Shown piece after piece: positions 58,718 through 64,000 of a stretch of DNA of 64,000 nucleotides (position 1 is the first letter of the stretch; every line of letters begins with the position of its first letter). The notes beneath the pieces were generated by a model that ran no database searches, was not told where the DNA came from, and worked only from the letters and a program-made list of their open reading frames with translations. Origin of the DNA: Gemmatimonadaceae bacterium (GTDB lineage Bacteria; Gemmatimonadota; Gemmatimonadetes; Gemmatimonadales; Gemmatimonadaceae); the NCBI GenBank assembly GCA_051859245.1, contig JBHYGA010000001.1, forward strand, positions 832,001 to 896,000, in the 5' to 3' direction. The translations under genes were made by a program, and so were the position numbers.

Positions 58718-59998
58718 TCATGACGCTGCGACAAGCAACGTGCGATCGAGCAGGAGTGCCGGCACCATGGTGCCAGCGGTCAGATGTTCTACAGGTCCTT
58801 CGATTTCCAGCAATGCGTTCGCCCGTGACATTGACGTGAGCAAATTGGAGCCCTGGCCACCGGTGAGACGCGCTTCGAGCACGCCATCGTGTGCCACCTG
58901 CAATTCAGCGCGCAGATAGAACGTCAGATCAGCATTCGCGCTGACCGTTTCTGACAGTCGTACTCGCACCGTTTGCGGAATAACGCGACGCTCTCCCGCG
59001 AGCGATCGAATAGCCGGGAGCACAAAAAGTTCAGCGGTCACCAGTGTACTCACCGGATTGCCCGGCAATCCGATCCACGGCGTGCCACCAATGTGGCCCG
59101 CCGCAAGTGGGCCACCGGGGCGCACGCGTACACGATGTACATCGATGCGTCCGCCGAGCGACTGGATCACCGCGCGCACGTGATCAAACGCGCCCGCCGA
59201 CACACCGCCGATCGTGATCAGCAGATCACACTCGTGATCGATGGCGCGCGCATACGCCTCGCGCATCAACTCGGGGTCATCGGGCAAGACGGGGAGCACA
59301 CGCACGTCGGCACCGGCCGCGCGAAGCAGCGCGGGAAGCGAGTAGCTGCTCGACGAGACAATCGCGCGACCCTCGCGCACGGCGTCGATCTCCGAGACAT
59401 CAACCAACTCATTTCCACTGGCCGCAATGACCACCACCGGCGCACGGTGCACATGCACGTGGCTCGCGCCAATGCTCGCCAACACACCGAGCAGAGCGGG
59501 CGTGATGCGATCACCGCGCGAAGCGATCACCGCACCTTCGCTGACATCTTCACCGCGCGGGCGCACATTCTTTCGCTCGTTGCGCGCGTCGCGACCATCC
59601 AGAATGCGAACGATATCGAGGCCGCGGTCGGTGTCTTCCACGCGCACCACACAATCCGCGCCCGGTGGCATCGGGGCGCCGGTCATGATGCGCACGCATG
59701 TGCCGCGTTCAACCTGTGGCCGTAACGAACTCCCCGCGGCGATCGTACCCAGCACCTGCAAAGTGACCGGCACCGTGGACGCGTCGCGCACGTCGTCCGA
59801 TAGCACGGCGTAACCATCCATACCGGCGTTGGGCCACGGCGGAAGTGTGACCGTTGATTGCACGTCTTCCGCCAACGCATATCCAACCGCGTTGGCCAGC
59901 TCCATGGTCTGCACCGGCAGCGCGTGCATGCGTGCCAGAATCGCACGACGTGCCTCGGCGACGCTGAGAGCTACGTGCACCGTCGCGCGATCACTCAC
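58718..59998 (-). CDS. moeA: Molybdopterin molybdotransferase MoeA
   Basis: NAGMDGYA, RIMTGAPMP, SGNELV, GGVSAG, GLPGNPVS, QGSNLL. Confidence 0.95.
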   Translation of the reverse strand: MSDRATVHVALSVAEARRAILARMHALPVQTMELANAVGYALAEDVQSTVTLPPWPNAGMDGYAVLSDDVRDASTVPVTLQVLGTIAAGSSLRPQVERGTCVRIMTGAPMPPGADCVVRVEDTDRGLDIVRILDGRDARNERKNVRPRGEDVSEGAVIASRGDRITPALLGVLASIGASHVHVHRAPVVVIAASGNELVDVSEIDAVREGRAIVSSSSYSLPALLRAAGADVRVLPVLPDDPELMREAYARAIDHECDLLITIGGVSAGAFDHVRAVIQSLGGRIDVHRVRVRPGGPLAAGHIGGTPWIGLPGNPVSTLVTAELFVLPAIRSLAGERRVIPQTVRVRLSETVSANADLTFYLRAELQVAHDGVLEARLTGGQGSNLLTSMSRANALLEIEGPVEHLTAGTMVPALLLDRTLLVAAS

Positions 59999-60033
59999 GG
60001 CACACTCGCCATCGCACTATTCACCGTCGCAAC

Positions 60034-61641
60034 TCACCGCGGCATCGCCACGCGCAGGTCTTCCATACGCACGCTCGCGAGATACGCTCCAATCGCGTCC
60101 TGCACACGTTCTACTTCGCGCGTTGGGCCCACCCAGTTGTTGCACAACACCGAGAACACCAGCTGATGTCCGTCGCTGGTGTTCACATAGCCACTCAACG
60201 AACGCGCCTTGTCTACAAACCCGGTTTTTGCGCGCAAATTGCCCGCTGCCGGCGTACCGCGCATGCGCGACGCGATCGTGCCGTCCACGCCCGCAATGGG
60301 CAACCCGGAATAAAACACGTTGAACGCCGGGTGCGACTGCATCACCGTGAGCAACCGCACGACGGCGCGCGGCGTGATGTAATCATGACGTGACAAACCA
60401 CTGCCATCACGCACGGCGGCTTCATTGGTGCTGATGCCCCACAACGCGAGCTGACGTTCAATCACGGCGCGTGCACTGTCGGCCGAACCGATACCCGTCT
60501 TTTCGCGCGCAATCGTTTTGAACACCGCTTCTGCGATCTGATTCTGCGACGGCTTCTGCAAACGAGTGTGCACCTCGCGCAGCGGCGGCGACTCCAGCAC
60601 GATGAGCGTGTCAACGCGCGCGTTGGCCGGCGCCGCGCGGCCCGAGCGAAACTTCACTCCGCGCGCCACGAGTGCCTCGCGCAATGCTGCACGCACTGCG
60701 TCGTTTGGCTGACGATACGCGCGAGAGATCACCACACTGTCACCCAGCGGCAGCGTACCCGTGATCTCCAGCGCCAGCGCCGTAGAGTCCGACGCGACGG
60801 TGAGCGAATCACCTGCGGCTCCTACGCGTACCGAGGAATCACGACGCGCGCGCGTGGTAGCGGTGATGCGAAGCGCAGGATACGTGGTGGCCGGAATCGT
60901 ACGGGCGGAAACCTTGTCACCAACGCGTTTGCCCGCCTTCACGATCACCCGAAAAAAATTCTCGTTCAGCATCAGCTCATCGGCACCGGCCGAGTAGCCG
61001 CTGTCAAAATCGTCAAATGCCCAGCCGAATCCGTACGGCGACTGCGGAAACGCATCTCCTTCGGCAACGATACGTCCCTCAACGCGTTGAATGCCGCGTG
61101 CGGCGAGGGCGTCGGCAATGGGTGCAAACGCGCTCAATGCGTCACCACCGCGCATGGCGTCACTCCACGACGGGTCGCCGCTGCCAATGAGCACGAGGTC
61201 ACCACGGAACGTGCCACCGCTGGTGCGACCACGCAGCAGTACTGGCGTGCGCCACGTGTAATCGGGGCCGAGCAACTCCATAGCCACTGCACCCGTTACG
61301 ATCTTCTGATTCGACGCGGGCATGAACAGCTTGCCCGCGTTGATCGACACAATCGTATCGCCAACTTCCGGGTCCATGATCAGCACGCCCCAGTGCGCCA
61401 TCCGGAACAGACTGTCCTGAGTGAGTGAGTCCACCAGCTGCAGCAATCGCTCGCGCGCGGCGGGCAATGGTATGTCGCTCGCAGGAAGCTCTGCCATGGG
61501 CAGTTGCACGGGATCCACGCGCACCGGAATATCCGGCATAGGCGCGGCGCGACCGGCGCAGCCGAGCACTGCGAAGGACACCACGCTGGCGGTGCACGCC
61601 AATCGGAGCGCGTGCAACGCGGAGCTCAACTCACGCTTCAT
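60034..61641 (-). CDS. dacB: D-alanyl-D-alanine carboxypeptidase/endopeptidase PBP4 (S13)
   Basis: PASNQK (SxxK), GSGDP, SQN, DGSGLSR, AKTG. Confidence 0.92.
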   Translation of the reverse strand: MKRELSSALHALRLACTASVVSFAVLGCAGRAAPMPDIPVRVDPVQLPMAELPASDIPLPAARERLLQLVDSLTQDSLFRMAHWGVLIMDPEVGDTIVSINAGKLFMPASNQKIVTGAVAMELLGPDYTWRTPVLLRGRTSGGTFRGDLVLIGSGDPSWSDAMRGGDALSAFAPIADALAARGIQRVEGRIVAEGDAFPQSPYGFGWAFDDFDSGYSAGADELMLNENFFRVIVKAGKRVGDKVSARTIPATTYPALRITATTRARRDSSVRVGAAGDSLTVASDSTALALEITGTLPLGDSVVISRAYRQPNDAVRAALREALVARGVKFRSGRAAPANARVDTLIVLESPPLREVHTRLQKPSQNQIAEAVFKTIAREKTGIGSADSARAVIERQLALWGISTNEAAVRDGSGLSRHDYITPRAVVRLLTVMQSHPAFNVFYSGLPIAGVDGTIASRMRGTPAAGNLRAKTGFVDKARSLSGYVNTSDGHQLVFSVLCNNWVGPTREVERVQDAIGAYLASVRMEDLRVAMPR

Positions 61642-62069
61642 TCGCCGGACTCCTCCCAGGTGGCCCACAAATGCGGCTCTTCCGCTACGACCACCTTGAT
61701 CACGCGCGATCCCGATGTGGAAAGCGCAACGTTCACACGCTCCGCAATCCACTTGGCGATCTCTTCGCTGGAGGGAATGAGTTTGCCCTCGGCGAACTCT
61801 GCGATGTCGAGATTCAGGTTGGCGTGATCAAGTCTGTCGACGACCTCCTGCGCGAGCACACGATCAATCACACCGAGATTGGCCACAAATCCCGTTTGCG
61901 GATCGAGGGCGCCCGTCACCGTCACATCGCACACGTACGTGTGCCCGTGAAAGTTGGGGCGCGCACACTTGCCGAACGTCTCAAAGTTGCGAGCGTCGTC
62001 CCACTCGGGTCGTCGGTAGCGATGCGCGGCCGAAAAGAACACGCGCCGAGTGAGTGTGAGACGCGCCAT
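61638..62069 (-). CDS. queD: 6-carboxytetrahydropterin / 6-pyruvoyltetrahydropterin synthase
   Basis: FSAAHRY, CARPNFHGHTY, LDHANLN. Confidence 0.8.
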   Translation of the reverse strand: MARLTLTRRVFFSAAHRYRRPEWDDARNFETFGKCARPNFHGHTYVCDVTVTGALDPQTGFVANLGVIDRVLAQEVVDRLDHANLNLDIAEFAEGKLIPSSEEIAKWIAERVNVALSTSGSRVIKVVVAEEPHLWATWEESGE

Positions 62070-62070
62070 G

Positions 62071-62793
62071 TTAACGGAAGATCGGCATGGAAATGCCGGC
62101 CGTCAGTCCCCAGTTGCTGCGCCAGCTGGAACGCAAACGCGTGTCCTGCAGCACGCTCGTGGAGTCACTCGCCGCGGTGAAGTACGTGCTCGGATACTGA
62201 ATCTGGTACAGGTTGTTCGTGAGATCGATGCGCGCCGAGTAACCGCGCGGCAATGTGATCCGCACGCCGGGACCAAATGGGAAGGCGAACTTGGTGCCGA
62301 ATCGATAACCGCCGATATCACGGCTCGCAAAGTCGGATGTCACACCGATACCGGCGCCCAACGTTGGAATCACGCCGCGCCAGGATTTTTTTCCGGTGAG
62401 CGCAAGCGTGAGGCCGATATCGCCAATGTGATGCGTTACGCTTTGAATACCCTGAAAGCGCTGTGCCGCCGGCAACCCCGGATCGATCACGCGGCGTTCC
62501 GAGAACAGTGCCGCGTAGCGCGTGGTCAGCCACGCCGGTCCACCCAGATGAATGTCATGTCGCAGCGACACCATCGGGCCGGCCTCAGGCCCCACGCGCG
62601 CCGCATCCTTGGTGGCGCTCAGCCAGCCGCCCGAAAGGGTAAGCTGCTGGGTGGTTGGCACATCGCGAAACGGGCTGCGCGAGGGTTCGGTACCCACGAG
62701 CTGCGCCTGCAGTCCGGACGCAGTGCAGAGCAGCGCTGCGCCGGTGGCAAGCACGCGCGCAATATTTGATGAAGACAGGGAAAGCAGCGTCAC
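62071..62793 (-). CDS. Hypothetical outer-membrane beta-barrel-like protein
   Basis: Signal peptide, alternating beta-strand pattern, C-terminal GLTAGISMPIFR; start uncertain. Confidence 0.6.
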   Translation of the reverse strand: MTLLSLSSSNIARVLATGAALLCTASGLQAQLVGTEPSRSPFRDVPTTQQLTLSGGWLSATKDAARVGPEAGPMVSLRHDIHLGGPAWLTTRYAALFSERRVIDPGLPAAQRFQGIQSVTHHIGDIGLTLALTGKKSWRGVIPTLGAGIGVTSDFASRDIGGYRFGTKFAFPFGPGVRITLPRGYSARIDLTNNLYQIQYPSTYFTAASDSTSVLQDTRLRSSWRSNWGLTAGISMPIFR

Positions 62794-62797
62794 AACG

Positions 62798-64000
62798 TCA
62801 TTGGGAAAGAGGGGCGACGCGAAGATCACGTCCGTTCATTTCAACTGGCAGTTCCAGGCCGAGCATTCGCAGCGCGGTTGGACCAACGTCGCACAGCGCA
62901 CCGTCATCACGCAGCAACCATTCACCATCAGGATCACGAACCACCAGTGGCACAGGGTTCGTGGTGTGCGCGGTGTGCGGTCCTCCTGTTTCTGGATCAA
63001 TCATCACATCGCAGTTTCCGTGGTCCGCCGTGATGATCAATCGCGCCCCACTCTCGGCCGCCGCGTTAAGTATGCGACCCAGGCACGCGTCGATTGTCTC
63101 CACCGCACGAATCGCCGCTGGCAGCGACCCGGTGTGTCCTACCATATCGGTGTTCGCAAAGTTGCACAGCACAAAATCATGGGACCGCGACGTGAGGGCG
63201 TTGCACAAGATGTCACAGACGCCAGACGCGCTCATTTCCGGCTGCAAATCGTAGGTGGCCACTTTCGGGCTTGGCACCATTGAGCGCGACTCACCCGGAA
63301 ACGGCGTGTCGCCGCCACCGTTAAAAAAGTATGTCACATGCGGATACTTTTCGGTTTCCGCCGTGCGCAGTTGCAACAGCCCGGCGTTAGCAATGACTTC
63401 GCCCACCAGATTGGCCATCGACTGCGGCGCAAACGCGACCGGAAACGGAAACGCGTCGTCGTACTGCGTCATGGTGACAACGTGGACTGCCGGGCGCACG
63501 CCGGTGTCGAAGGCGCTGAAATCCGGTTGTGTCAGTGCGCGCAGCCACTGCCGCATGCGATCTGATCGGAAGTTCGCGCAGATTACCACGTCGCCGCTGC
63601 GCATGGGCGCCACCGGCAGCCCCGCTGCATTGAGCATCACGTGTGGCGGCAGAAACTCGTCGCTGGTGCCAGACGCGTACGCCGTCTCAAGCAGCGCCAT
63701 CGCATCAGTGGTTGTCTCACCAACGCCATGCACTGCGGCCGCGAACCACGCGCCGGTACGCTCCCAACGGTTATCGCGGTCCATGCCAAAGTAGCGTCCG
63801 GAAATGGACGCGAGCTGCGCGCGTCCATCAAGCACGGCCAGCGTTTCCCGCAAAAACTCAAGTCCGGATGTTGGTGACGTATCCCGTCCGTCGAGTAGTC
63901 CGTGCAGGACGACCCGCGGTACGCGCTCGCGTGTGCACAGGTCAACCAATGCGAACAGATGTTGTTCGAACGCATGCACACCACCGTTGCCGAGCAACGC
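62798..64000 (-). CDS. gpmI: 2,3-bisphosphoglycerate-independent phosphoglycerate mutase (5' end outside window)
   Basis: DGRDTSP, GRYFGMDRD, AETEKYPHVTYFFNGG, PSPKVATYDLQPEMS, DMVGHTG, TADHGN. Confidence 0.96.
   Translation of the reverse strand, partial: ALLGNGGVHAFEQHLFALVDLCTRERVPRVVLHGLLDGRDTSPTSGLEFLRETLAVLDGRAQLASISGRYFGMDRDNRWERTGAWFAAAVHGVGETTTDAMALLETAYASGTSDEFLPPHVMLNAAGLPVAPMRSGDVVICANFRSDRMRQWLRALTQPDFSAFDTGVRPAVHVVTMTQYDDAFPFPVAFAPQSMANLVGEVIANAGLLQLRTAETEKYPHVTYFFNGGGDTPFPGESRSMVPSPKVATYDLQPEMSASGVCDILCNALTSRSHDFVLCNFANTDMVGHTGSLPAAIRAVETIDACLGRILNAAAESGARLIITADHGNCDVMIDPETGGPHTAHTTNPVPLVVRDPDGEWLLRDDGALCDVGPTALRMLGLELPVEMNGRDLRVAPLSQ

Overview
GC-rich bacterial chromosomal window. 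Gene content suggests a Gemmatimonadota-like organism (stand-alone SusC/SusD pair, PEP-CTERM protein, BTAD-ATPase regulator, split atp operon); this is inference. It is mostly housekeeping and metabolic genes: xerC (partial), a USP gene, hslVU, argF, bcp, gcvT, a sigma-54 activator, moxR, the F0+delta part of the atp operon, peptidases (M1, M20, S9, S8, S13, SprT), a sugar-salvage cluster (GH109, SSS transporter, nucleotidyltransferases, GHMP kinase), a hybrid histidine kinase, icd, mhqO/mhqD-like genes, an acyl-CoA dehydrogenase, etfBA and a fadF-like gene, an argA-like GNAT, moeA, queD and gpmI (partial). I saw no tRNA, rRNA, CRISPR array or transposase. The most interesting locus is 8351-14268: a conserved-looking hypothetical gene, a terminator, a structured leader with two hairpins displaying GAGCGGAGC, an unannotated 23-aa hydrophobic peptide gene with a strong Shine-Dalgarno site, a membrane HD-GYP phosphodiesterase and a convergent BTAD/ATPase regulator. 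The peptide, the HD-GYP gene and the C-terminal part of the regulator lie in a lower-GC swapped-looking block, making this a candidate peptide-signalling / c-di-GMP system. Readable regulatory elements include two Rex-like boxes, an MhqR-like 28-bp palindrome, ARG boxes, sigma-54 promoters, leaderless promoters and a four-way-junction RNA between atpB and atpE.
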